Assembly: GCF_009914755.1 (NCBI RefSeq)
Contig: NC_060927.1
Reading direction: 5' to 3' (one strand)
DNA: 64,000 bases
Source of the DNA: the human T2T-CHM13v2.0 reference genome, Homo sapiens
Shown: one piece after another, positions 15,811-31,435 of the stretch
How positions within the stretch are numbered: the stretch's first letter is position 1
How the letters are laid out: the number at the start of each line of letters is the position of its first letter
The notes under the pieces: generated by a model
What the model saw: the letters and a program-made list of their open reading frames with translations, nothing else
Database searches by the model: none
What the model was told of the DNA's origin: nothing
Made by a program: the position numbers and the translations under genes

Positions 15811-16062
15811 CTACCCAGCATGCAGGGGTGAGCCACTCTGCTGCCCACCAGGGGTCTGAAGGACCTGAAGTTGAATCCTAGCTCCCACTGTCTGGATGTA
15901 TGATTTTGAGCCTATTTTACTTCTGTGAAAAATTCTTATGTTTAAAGTCTCTCCAAGTCCTAAAAGTTGAGAAATCTGTGAGGGCCTGCACTATACCAGT
16001 AGCAGCAAGAATGGAGAGGAGATGGATAAAAGAGAGATTTCACATTAAGTGATGAAGTAAAC

Positions 16063-16401
<339 letters not shown>

Positions 16402-17166
16402 GGTTGGAGGCTGAGGGTGAGGAAGAAGGAAATGTTGAGGGCAGAGGAGGAAATGTAGCCATCTGGCACTCTGAGAGCTTGACTTGCCTGTCTCCTAATA
16501 GTATTGACTCCCTGACTTGTAGGAGCTGTCTGTAGGGCACAGGAGGTTCGGGGTAGGGATTTTATGTAGGTCATCTACAGACAGAAAACTCACTTTTACG
16601 AGGGATATATAGGAAGTTATAATCAGGGAGAAACTCACGTCCTGATTTCATGAGATGTCCCAACACAGCATGAAACAGGACAAGGCCCTGGGAAACGGGA
16701 CCATCTCATGCACCTGTGTCCTGAAACATCTGGCAATCCTAGACACAGGGAGAGTCAAACAGCACTGAAGAGACTTCACTACTTCCTTTCCCCGGAAACA
16801 TCCGGGGCCTGAGTGATCCATTTGTGCCTGAGCGATCCCTCTCCTAATAAGGACTCCAATAGGCACTGTACAATTCCCAGGAATGCTTTCTATTCTTGCC
16901 AAATAATCAAAACACTGAGGAGGTAGAACCTGGAGGGGGTGTCCAAACACAAACCCACCCATGTCACCACAAAGTTTCGCACAATAAACCCAACATCTGG
17001 TTTCTTGTCTGTGTGATTACCACTGGGATGCTGTGGAGACCAGGGACCCATTGTTGTAAATCCACAGAACTTGGAACCCAATCAACTCTTTCCTCACACT
17101 GTGCTGATGTATTTTGTGCATGTTTTGGCCATATTATTTTTCTGTTTGCTTGTTTTAATCAATATG

Positions 17167-17169
<3 letters not shown>

Positions 17170-17204
<35 letters not shown>
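17170..17204. repeat. (CA)n microsatellite
   Basis: About 17 uninterrupted CA units. Confidence 0.97.
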
Positions 17205-17206
<2 letters not shown>

Positions 17207-17355
17207 ATGTTGACAACCATTATCTTTATTTTTTAAATATTCTTTTGTAGCTGCCAAAGTTTTTTTCAAGGAATACCTGTCATCATTGTCAAAAGTATTT
17301 AAAAGCTAGTGTTCAATGGGAGGGATTCTCTGGAAGATGAGGCTAGAGGAATATG

Positions 17356-18660
<1,305 letters not shown>

Positions 18661-19694
18661 ATACTGAGGATAGAATTTAGAGAGATGTACTAATAAATGT
18701 GTAGTTTAACCCAAAGACAACCTAGAAATACAATTTCCAGTGAAGCTGGGAAAGGTATACTGCAGGAGAGGAAATTACAGGCAGAAGACACACTGGGAAA
18801 CCATGGCCCTAGAACTGACGAGGAGGCCTCAGCATGATGTGACTGAGGTCAAGGCTGAGAGATGAAGCTAAGCCATGTTCCCCAGCAGGTCACGAAGATT
18901 GGCAACCCATTACAACACACACTGTGAAATAAATTCCCACGTTCTAGCCAATGGCCCCCTTCTAAAATCATGGCCAGGACATCAAAACTGCAGGGTCACG
19001 GAGGAACTGAGGCCGTTATTTCAAGTTCTGACCATGGGTAAAACACAAGATGTTGCTGATTTGAATATTAATCGATAACACTCCAGCTTCAGTTTAAATA
19101 CAACTTGGGCCTCTGCATAAGTAAAAACTGAGCAGAGTTTTGCTCTTACCATGCTGTGATCCTGCCGTTATCTTCATCTGGCAGGGACTTCCTCTCCTGT
19201 TAAAACTTTTAAGCATTCCTTCTGTGCCGTATCTGTTACACAGAGCAATACATAATGGACTAGACAGGATTATTGGCCCAAATGACAAAACCAGATGTGA
19301 TATGGAAGTTTTTTTCCTATAACCACACATACATCTTTGGCCTCACACAGCTGTTCATTGTAAATAGGAAGATTCACACAATGGGCGAGATGGGGTGCAA
19401 AACCCACCATCCACATTCCTTTAGGGGTAGGAAGTGGAGAAGGGGCATTCCTCAGGTCTTGTCTCCTGGCCCCAGCAGGTGTGAGCTGTTGCCTACAGGA
19501 TGTGATCTGCAGATTGTGAAGGGGCCACCTTCTAGAGGACAGCATGGTAGCAAAAACCTCTTGGGATGGGAACCTGGGCCCCAGTGCTGCCGTTTCATGT
19601 CCCGAGATTTGGGACAAGTCGTGTCAGCACTCCAAGCCTCAGTGTGCTTCATCCATGCAGTGGGGATGAGAGAGTCCTTGTCCTAAAAATGTCT

Positions 19695-21120
<1,426 letters not shown>

Positions 21121-21220
21121 AGGGATTCATAGCAAGCTTTTTAAAGCATAAATCAGAATATGGCCTTCCCAGTGTAAATTCCTCAAAGTCATCTTAGTGC
21201 ATTTAGAATAAAATCTAATC

Positions 21221-21422
21221 TAGCCTGGGCAACATGGCAAAACCCTGTCTCTACAAAAAATACAAAAAAAAATTAACCAGGCAGGGTGGTGCACGCCTGT
21301 GGTCCCAGCTACTCGGGAGGGTGAGGTGGGAGGCAGAGGTTGCAGTGAGCTGAGATCACGCTACTGCACTCCAGCCTGGGTGACAGAGTGAGAGCCTGCG
21401 TCAAAAGAAAAAAAAAAAAAAA
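21221..21422 (+). mobile_element. 5'-truncated, internally deleted Alu (AluJb-like) in an L2 fragment (about 21125-21920)
   Basis: AGCCTGGGCAACATGGCAAAACCCTGTCTCTACAAAAA; GGGAGG-to-CAGAGG jump. Confidence 0.85.
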
Positions 21423-22283
21423 GGAATAAAATAGAATCTTGCCCTGACCTGTAAGAGACTATATAATTCATTTCACGTCCTTCCCTCAGATCTCCTCTTC
21501 TAGGACACCAGCCACCTCCCCACCCTAAACACTAATTATACACCAGTCACTCTGGCTTTTTCTCTGTTCTCTTAACCCACTAAATCTATTCCTCAGGACT
21601 TTTGCATTTGCTATTGCTGTTCCCTTAGCGTGGGCTTATATCTTCACCCAGATGATCGCACAGCTACCTCCTTCACACCCCTTAAACCCAAATGTCATTG
21701 CCCCAGAGATACCTCCCAGGACCTCTCTATCTGGAGCATTCTTTATCACATCACCCTGAATTATTCTCTTTGAATAATTTTTAACTATTAAAATTAACCC
21801 CTTTTATTAATTTTTTTGTATTTATGGTTTGTATGTTAGTTGTGTTCAATGCTCCATTTCTAAAGCTGAGAATAGAGCTGGCTTGTAGTGGATATTCAAT
21901 AAATACTTGTTGTATGATTGGATCATGGTTGGAAGGATGGGTGGATAGACTATCAGTATCTAACGCCATTCAATATTATCTGTCTTGTTTCATAACTGTC
22001 TCCATTTAGGTGTTATGACTGGGCTGTGAGGTCTTTGAAAACAGGAACTCATTCTACTTTATCTCTATCTCTATGTCTCTGACACAGCAGAGCAATTGCC
22101 CAGTAAATAATTGTTGGACAAAACTATGGATGGCCCAGGTGCTTTCAGAATACTCTGTACACACCTGTCAGCAGTCACTTTATTGCATAACTGTTCTCAA
22201 TCAACTAAGCCAGAGTTTGGCACAGGGCCTCGTACATAATGTATGCTCAATACATGCTAGCAGAAAGAAAGAAGAAAAGAGGG

Positions 22284-22614
<331 letters not shown>

Positions 22615-23839
22615 TCACAGCTCTGATGAAAGCATTAGCTGCAAATTTCAAGTCTGGGGCCCCAAGATCAAAATGTTAGAAAGGGTCTCCTTGCCCGTTA
22701 GTTACTTTGAGAAGTCAGAAGAACTACAGTTCCTCAGTGGATGTTACACTTACCAGGTGTGGGATGCTCCCATCACAGGCAAAGGAAGCAGGGCTATAGA
22801 AATGGTTTATTCCCCTATAGCCCTATAGTATAGAACAGATGTCACAGCAGTTGCCCAGAAAAATGGTGACCAAAGCATTTTCATGTACATCTGATTAGCC
22901 GTGAAGGCTTAATTGTTTCTTAAATGTTTGTTGGAAAAGAATACTTTCTAGTGAAGAAGAAAGAACAAAAAATGTGCACCACAGACCATGAAATCATTTC
23001 TGCTCCGATCGTTGAACATCCAGTGTCTTTTCCTTTAAAGGATTCAAATTAACCTGGGACTTATAGAAGTTTTGTCACTGTTGCATGAAACACTGATTTC
23101 ATTAGAACTCCCAGAACTTCTCTTCCACTGCACCGCGAGCTTTGTCTGTGACAGCTTATTCACTCTCTCCTCCCATGCCTAGCCACAGGCTTGACCCTAG
23201 GTTGCACTTAGCAAGTGGGCTTTGAGTTGAAAAAACGCAGACTTGGAAGCTGCATTGTTCTCGCCTGAGGTGGATAAATATTGAGGTGGTCAATCAACCT
23301 TTGTGGCCCACCATCCCCTGCTCCCTGCAGCCCACCTGCACCAATGATGGCTGTGCAGATCCATGGTGGGGCTGCCCAAGTTTCTCCTCAGCTTCATTCA
23401 CTTTATCCAGAATGAGAAGGAGAGCCAGGGTTAGGTCAGGTTTTGACATATGATAGTTCTGATTCCATGAAGTAAGTAACTAGCTAAACCATTACAGAAT
23501 ATTGGGTATTTGTGGAAAATCTGCCATTTGGTTTCCTTAGACGGTGATATACAATTCTGGAGAGGTGTGAATATCAGGATTGACTTATTTTGGTCTATAA
23601 CCCTGTACTATGTTCTAGTAATAAAAATGATAAATCCTATATGTAGAAACAAAGGCTAGCAAGTGCCCAAAAGACAGGGTAGAAATGGATGAAAATTGCA
23701 GACTTAAATCTGGATTCCTATGTATATCATTTACCCATCAGATCCTAATGAAATGCTAACACAGGACTCCTAAGATAAATATCTCTGATGTTACATTATA
23801 TAAAATGAGGTTTATAATAAAAATTTTTAAGATTAAGAT

Positions 23840-24010
23840 TGTTGTTTGGTGGGGGGAGGGATAGCATAAGGAGATATACCTAATGTAAATGATGAGTTAA
23901 TGGGTGCAGCACACCAACATGGCACATGTACACATATGTAACAAACCTGCACGTTGTGCACATGTACCCTAGAACTTAAAGTATAATAATAAAAAAAAAA
24001 AGAAAAAAAA
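23840..24010 (+). mobile_element. Young L1PA (about L1PA3-6) extreme 3' end
   Basis: GGAGATATACCTAATGTAAATGATGAGTTAATGGGTGCAGCACACCAACATGGCAC..AGAACTTAAAGTATAAT + poly(A). Confidence 0.95.
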
Positions 24011-24221
24011 GAAACTGGAGATATTTTCTGGTTTATATGACTTTCTAAAAGGCATTTTTAAAGTATAATCTATATATCCATGATGCATATTACGGCATCC
24101 AAATTTACAGGCTTATTTTTAAATGAAAGAAAAAGAAAAATCTATCAGAAAAAGTCAGAGCCGGATGGAGCCTTTATGTGTAGATGGTCCACGCTGTCTG
24201 TAAATAAGCAGGTTGGCCTTC

Positions 24222-24367
24222 AGCAGGGGTTTCCAAACTCTGGTTCTTGGACCGGGGCCAGCTCCCGCTGCCTGCTGCATCACCTTGCAAACTTATTAAC
24301 CAGGCAGATTGCCAGGCCGCATCCCTGGAGGCTCTGAGTCAGCCAACTCAGTCTGGGAACCATTGGA
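24222..24367 (+). mobile_element. MER5-family MITE
   Basis: CAGGGGTTTCCAAAC..GCATCACCT..GCAGATTGCCAGGCC..GGGAACCATTG. Confidence 0.55.
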
Positions 24368-24894
24368 TTTAAGGCGCTTTCCCAGACATGAGATTCAAGA
24401 AGCCTGTGACTCCAGGCTTATCCCTGTCCTTCATCACTAAGGATGGTCAGCGTGAGGATAAAAATGGCATTAGGTCCATCTGTACTGGGACTGGGCCTCT
24501 GTGTTAGAAAGGACTTTGGGTCCTCAATCGTTGTTGAAACTTTTTAATTCATAAGTGACACTTTTCTGGTTGCCATATACAAACCTACAGCTCTAGCCAC
24601 ACTGATCTCATTCATTCATTTGTTCACTTGTATCACAAACATTTACTGAGTGCCTACTGAGAATGCAGTTGTCAGTTCTGCTTTTAAGTCCAGTGACAAC
24701 AGCAGGCACGTACACAGATTTATGACCCAATGATTATGGAGAAAGAGCAAAGTATTAGGGTAGCATCTAGAAGGAACTATCATGATCCATCCCCTAGGGA
24801 TGAACACATTTCCACTTCAAGCTGAAAAACGAAAAAAATTGCTGGGGAGGCAAATAGACAACCCAAAGTATCTGTCAACAAGGCCATCACAATC

Positions 24895-25055
24895 ATTCAG
24901 TAAACCATGTTAATTTCTTAGTTCATAACTGGACCATGGTTATACGAGATGCCAACATTAGGAAAGCTGGGTGAAGGGTGTATGGGAACACTCTATATTA
25001 TCCATTATCCTTGCAAATCATCTATAAGTTTAAATTTTTAAACAAGTTTTAGAAA
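24895..25055 (+). mobile_element. L1MC-type 3' end fragment
   Basis: ACATTAGGAAAGCTGGGTGAAGGGTGTATGGGAAC. Confidence 0.65.
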
Positions 25056-25059
25056 ATTA

Positions 25060-25715
25060 TCATTTAGATAGAGAAGACAAGGGAGAGAGCCAAGGTAGTG
25101 ACTGTGGGGATAGCTGAGCCAGGCATTTTTGAGAGATTTAGGAGGTAGAATGAAGAGAATTGAGGCATTGTTCAAGTATGGAAGGATGAAGGAGAGGGGT
25201 GCTTTGACCAATAGTGGGACATGGGGCATGATTCCCTGGGCTAGAAGAGGCAGGGTCTGGGAGGAAGGATGGTGAGATCAGAGGTAGGTGTGGTGACTTG
25301 GATGTGCTTGTGGGAGCTTCATGTGGAGAAGGTTGGAAGAGCATTTAATATCTAGGTCTGGGGCTCAGAAGAGGGGTTGATGCTACATATAAAGATCTGG
25401 AAATCAACAAGGAACAAATGAGGAAACCATGACTATGACAGTAATAGAAATAAGTAAGATGCATGGACTTCTTCTGAAGAGGGTTAGAGATTGATAAATA
25501 AAAAATGAGTAGCGGTCAGAGCCTTAGAGGAGCTCGACAGAGAAAGAATAAGTGGAAAAAAAGAATCCAAAGAGGCAGAGGGAACACCAGCCAAGTATGA
25601 TGTTACAAAGGCCAAAGGGAGGAAGGATTTTCAAGACAGAGGCAAGACCAATACACAGAAAGGTCAAGTAAGACAAGAACAGCAATTAGCGGGTTGTTGG
25701 CAACTTTGGTGAGTT
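25060..25715 (-). mobile_element. L2 fragment
   Basis: GAGAGATTTAGGAGGTAGAAT..; GGTCAAGTAAGACAAGAAC..TTGGCAACTTTGG. Confidence 0.6.
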
Positions 25716-25864
25716 TAAATTAATCATTATCTTTCAACTAAATGTTTTGGATAGCACAAAAACAATACGGAAAAATCAGTGAATATTTTAAAGTACCTGC
25801 TTTGATGAAACACGCCCTGAGCATCAGTCACCCTGGTATTGTGAAGAATCCATGTGTGATCTTG

Positions 25865-26050
25865 GGTGTCAGGCAGACCTAAGATCAAACAGTGGCTCTG
25901 TCACTTGCCAAGTGAGAGACTTTGAGCAAGTTACTTAATTAACCTTTTCAGTTGCACCTGTAAAATGAGGATAGTACTACACACCTTTCTTGTTGAGGAT
26001 TAAAGATAATGCATGTAAAGCTTCTACCATGGTGTCTGGCTCATAAAGAA
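25865..26050 (+). mobile_element. MIR
   Basis: CAGACCT..GGCTCTGTCACTT..GCAAGTTACTTAA..CTGTAAAATGAGGATA..GAGGATTAAA. Confidence 0.75.
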
Positions 26051-26798
26051 TGAAAGCCATTATTATGGGCCAGGTACTCCCCTTCTGGTCTCTAAAGTAC
26101 CTTATACATCCACCTCCTGTGTCACTGATTATGACTTACTGAAACAACTTGGTCTTTATAACTGTCTCCCAACCCCAGCCTTCACCAGACTGCCAGCTTC
26201 TTAAGGATGTCTTATTCAACTTAGTTTCCCCATCAGCCAACACAGAGCAGACATCCAGGAGGTGAACTTGCTTGTGCAGGATCAGAAGGAAGCACTGGAG
26301 GTGGGCCCTGCCTTAGAGATACTCATGGGAAGATTTCTTCTACGAGATGAAATTGGAGATGCAGGTCTGAAAGCAAGATAGTTGTGTGCTCACATGGGCC
26401 TGCAAGGAGCTGAAGGTCATTTTTTAAAGTTTGCAATCAATCTAATTCTGTAAATCTCAAAGAAAGGATGATAAATCAGAGAAACTGAGGAGGACACGTG
26501 GTGCAACTTGATAGTTCACTGATTCACCCAAACTCACACAATATGACTCTATAATTATGGAGAGGATACCTTTCTGAATCAAGAAGAAAAAGAAAAACTA
26601 TAAAAGTCAGGATACATAGTCTAATGAAGGATTGTGAGCAGGCACCAGGTATGAAAGAGAATCTGGAAGGGTAACAGCTTGAATGTCAGGCTATGGGGAT
26701 TTTTAAGCCATTTTAAGAGCTCCATAAGAAGCATCTCTGAAGCCAGGGCCATCCTAGGCCACCACCAAGTGAGAGCCCAGAGTGGCTCTTACACCCAC

Positions 26799-27249
26799 TA
26801 TGTTAGTTTCCTACGGCTCCCGTAGCAAACGATCACAAGCTGGGTGAAAAATGTATGGCCTCACAATTCTAGAGGCCAGAAGTCTGATACCAAAGTATTG
26901 GCAGGGATAGTTCTTTACTGGGGACTCGGAGGGAGAATCTGTGCCTTGCCTCTCTCCTAGCTTCTGGCGGCTGCTGGCAATCCTGCGCGTTTCTTGGCTT
27001 TTACAAGCATCACTCCGGTCTCCACCTCTGTCTTCACATGACGCTTCCCCACTGTGTGTCTCTGCGTCCAAATCTTCCTCTTTTTATAAGGACACCAGTC
27101 ATTGGATTAGGGCCTCCCCTCAATTTAGTATGACCTCATCTTTACTTGATTACATTTACACAGACCCTATTTCCAAATGAGTCACATGCACAAGTCCTGG
27201 GGGTTAGAACGTTGACATATTGTTTTGAGGGACACAGTTCAACCTACAA
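26799..27249 (-). mobile_element. MLT1C-like MaLR solo LTR
   Basis: TTAGTTTCCTA..CTCACAATTCTAGAGGCCAGAAGTCTGA..GCCTCTCTCCTAGCTTCTGG..ACACAGTTCAACCTACAA. Confidence 0.85.
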
Positions 27250-28758
27250 AACTTCCAGGTGCTCCTGCTGCCCTTCCACCCTTGCACACTATTCCCCGGC
27301 CTCTGAGAGCTCTGTGCAGTGATTCAGTCTTGCCATATTCTCACCTCTCCATACCTGCAAACATGCTGGGCCTTTTCCCAGGCATGCTCCTTTCAGCCCC
27401 TTCTCTTCCACTGGGAAACTAGTTGGGATGTTATCCTTTAAAACTCAGGAGATATTTCCCATTTTCTAGGAAGATTTTCCTCCCTCTCATTGCTTCTCAG
27501 AATCACTTGCTGGATTTTCAGTTCCCCCTAAACCCCTCTGTGTATCTTGAGTATGACATTTAGCAAGATAGATTATGACAAATTGTTGACGTGCCTTCTC
27601 TTTTCAGTAGACTGCAAGCTTTGTGAAAACAGTAGTCACAGATTTTACCTCTGCATTCTCTATGCCTGCTACACAGTGGATATCCAACTGCTTAAGAGTC
27701 AGAATTTGGTAGGAGGCTTAACTCAATGCTCTGTGGCATTGGAGTCTGTTTGAATGGGCCAGTCTGGTCAAGCTAAATTGTGCCATTTCTTCTAGCCCAA
27801 ACCAACACTTTCCATGGGGTCAAGCGTGGGCTGTCAGTGAATTTCCAACCTAATTTCCTCTCCTTCCCATCTCTGTGGGAGGTCTTTGTGCTGGACCCTG
27901 TCAGGCCAAGCCTGATGTGAGCTGACAGGCTGGGCTGGTGGCTCCCCAGTCTGCTCTAAGGGAGGCTGCAAGCAAGGGCTGTTGGCTGGTGGGGTCCAGT
28001 GCCACAATGCCACATTCAGTGGCTGCTGGGGGGTTCCCCTGTGTGTGTGTGGGCAGCTCATGGTCCAAGGCCAGCGAAGGCCCATAAAAATGTCAGGCCT
28101 GTGCAAAGGACAGAGCTCTTTGGCCTTCTTTCTCCCCTGGCTAGAGGTTTTCTTCCTAGTTATGTCTCCTTAAAAGAAGCCCTTCCTTTTCTCCACCTGG
28201 GGATCCTGCCCCTCCAGTGTTCTCACCAACAAGTACACAGAGCAGAGGTCAGAGGAGACACGGCACAGACGTCAGTGGCATTTCAGAGCATAAAACTCTT
28301 CTCAAAAGAAGGTTTAATCCAATCCCTTCTCACAGATGGGGAAACTGAAGCCTGGGATGAGAGACTTGCCTAAGACCATGCAGAAAACTGGCAAGAGAGA
28401 GAGGGATAGAGCCTAGTTCCCCAATCCCAGACAGGGGCTCTTCGCTTCATCCACATTACCTCTGCCTGTCTCTTCCAAGAAAGAAGAGAGTGAAGGCTTA
28501 ACTGACATTTGACAGCAGAACAAACTACATAAGAACTTCACCTAACCCCTTTCCCTGACTCTGTCTACGTAAAAGAGTGTTAATTATTCAAAGAGGTACT
28601 GACTCCATTCTCAGGGACAGGACAGAGAGGAGACAGTGTTTGCTGTTCAGGGCTAGGACATCAATGCATCACCGTTCCTGGAGATCACAGCTCAGGAATA
28701 CTACAGAGATAAAAATGGACTTGAATGTTGACTGCACATTCAATAAAAGGTTAAATGT

Positions 28759-29082
<324 letters not shown>

Positions 29083-31239
29083 TTAACCTTTCATTAAAAC
29101 AAAAACCGGTTCATTCTTCACCACTTATTTATAGGGCCCAAGTGTTCAATTAGTGTCTTAAAAAAATAAGGGGGAAAAGGATATTTAGATGCCTTTAAAT
29201 TCAAGTCAACGAGAGCCAAATGAAACACCAACAGTCTCACATTTGTGGGAGTCGGTTCTGTCACCACTTTTCTTCAGCTATTCCTCTCTCCACCATTGGC
29301 CAGCATGAGCCCTAATGCTGGGATAGATGGAAGCTCACGTTCTTCAGTCTAGTTCCAAGGCCCCCACCAGAGCTTGCTGCCCACCTGCCCTTCTATTTCC
29401 ATTCCTAGGCCTCACCTCACTGACATGAATTCCTTCACTGCATGCTGCACTTGTACTGCCTCTTTTTCTTTTCTTGGGATTCCCTCTCCTCTTTTTCTCC
29501 CCTCATCTCCGTGCTTCCCTCTCTACCTGTCTAAATCCTAAATCTACCTTCAAGGTCATAAAACACTCCTGCATCCCTCCAGTCTCATATTTCTTTCTTT
29601 GAGTCTGATCTCCAGGGCACCTGATTTGCCTCTACAGAGGAAAATGGGGCTTCCTGCCTAGTGATGGACTCTCCATCCATTCATGTATTCATTTAGTGTT
29701 TATTTACTACTCATCGATTCATTTAAGTCGTTTACAGAATACCTTCTCTGTGTCAACAGTGCCTGCCTCAAGGAGCTCACCTCTCAATGTGGAAGACAGA
29801 AAACAGATAATTGTAACAGCATAACCATTGCCACAGGATCGAAAATGCATTCCGAAGGCAGTGGAAAGTCACTGAAGGATTTAAAAGAGGCAAAGCAGTG
29901 ACAGAAACAAATATGTGTTCTCAAACCTGTTCTTGGAGCAACGTAGAGGGTGGATTTGGTGAGGGTGGGAGTGTGGTGTGAGGATAATGATGGTGCTAAA
30001 GTGAGGGTTACAAGGCTCATCAGAAGGTTATTGCAATCATTCCAGCACAATATGAAAGTGCACCCCAAGGGAGAAACAGAAGGAATACAGGGGAGGGGAA
30101 ATGACTGTGGGCAGGGACTGTGTATGTCTAAGACCCCATGGTTTCTGGTTGGCCCTTTTGTGTGGAAGGTCACTGTTTCCAGCAGGAGTAGGTTGAGGGA
30201 AGGGCTGAGGGGCTCACTCCTGCCCATGTTATGATTAAGGAGATTGAGTGCAGGAAGACAGAGGTCTACATGGCTATTCCATGGCTATGGAGCTTAGGTC
30301 CCCAGCAGGCTGTAGATCTCATGGATATATTTTCCCTGTTGGTACTTGAGGTCAGAAACAGAGACTGAGAACTACTGGTTTTTTGGTCCTTTCTTGAGTA
30401 TGTAGATGTTCATTTGCCTTGTGAGTCAATGCAGGACCGAAACTCCAAAATAGGCAGTATAAATGGAGAGAAGGCACATTTATTGGGCAGAGTAACCAGT
30501 GGGAGCCTAATCACTTTGATTTGCCACTCACCACAGCTCCCTAGCCCCGGTTTATTCACCTATGATGGAGATGTTGATACCTGGGACACAGGACCACCGT
30601 GAGGCCATGATCTCATGTGTTCTCATCCGCCAGCCTCATGAGTCTGTGGAAGAAGCATTGCCTTCAGGAGCTTGCAGTCATAGTTCTGGTCATGCCTTTG
30701 GACAAATGGCTTCTATTTGCTGAGTTTTAATTTTCTGTCTTAATTGCAGGATCTGAAATACCATCTCCAAGTTTAGGATGTTACATCCCAAAGATAGTGT
30801 AAGAAACTCCTGATTTAAAGAGTCATAACCACACCTACTACACTTCAAGGCTCACTAAATGAGAACAAGAATGGCAAAATGACTATCAAATGTCATGAAG
30901 ATAGCCAAGCCTTGGGATCATTACTCACTGCGGCCTGACAGCTTCAGAGTGGCGGCTTATGTTCATTTCCCCACAAGCAGGGCATTAAGGGACCTCTTGG
31001 CACTGGGGGTGTCTATTCCTGTAACAAAGTCAACTGAGCCATATCCACATTTTCTCTAAAATAATAACTCACTTTGCAGAGAATGCAGAGACATTGTAAT
31101 GCTGATGCCAGAGGAACGGGACAGGGGAAGAGAGAAGCCTGGAGCATCATGTGGGGGTGGAGCTTTGGAGAGGAGACCAAATTGCCTCTTGCATTCTACC
31201 TGGGCTTGAGTGCATTGTAGTGGAGAGACCACGAATTGG

Positions 31240-31435
31240 ATGCTCCGCATGATCTGACTGGAGTCCTGACTCTGTTACCTACCCAATAGAGGACTTTGGA
31301 GAGTTACTTAACCCCAACTTAGCCTCTCTTGGTCTCTTCATCTGCAAAACAGGAATAGCACCAGCACCCCTGGGAAGTGATTGTGAGAATGAAATGAAAG
31401 AATATAGGACCTGGCACAGGTTGTGGCCAGTACAA
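31240..31435 (+). mobile_element. MIR
   Basis: AGTTACTTAACC..TCATCTGCAAAACAGGAATA..TTGTGAGAATGAAATGA. Confidence 0.7.

Noticed and set aside
22790-22824. 10-bp inverted repeat AGGGCTATAG/CTATAGCCCT
   Set aside because: About one such stem with a short loop is expected by chance in 64 kb and there is no supporting context
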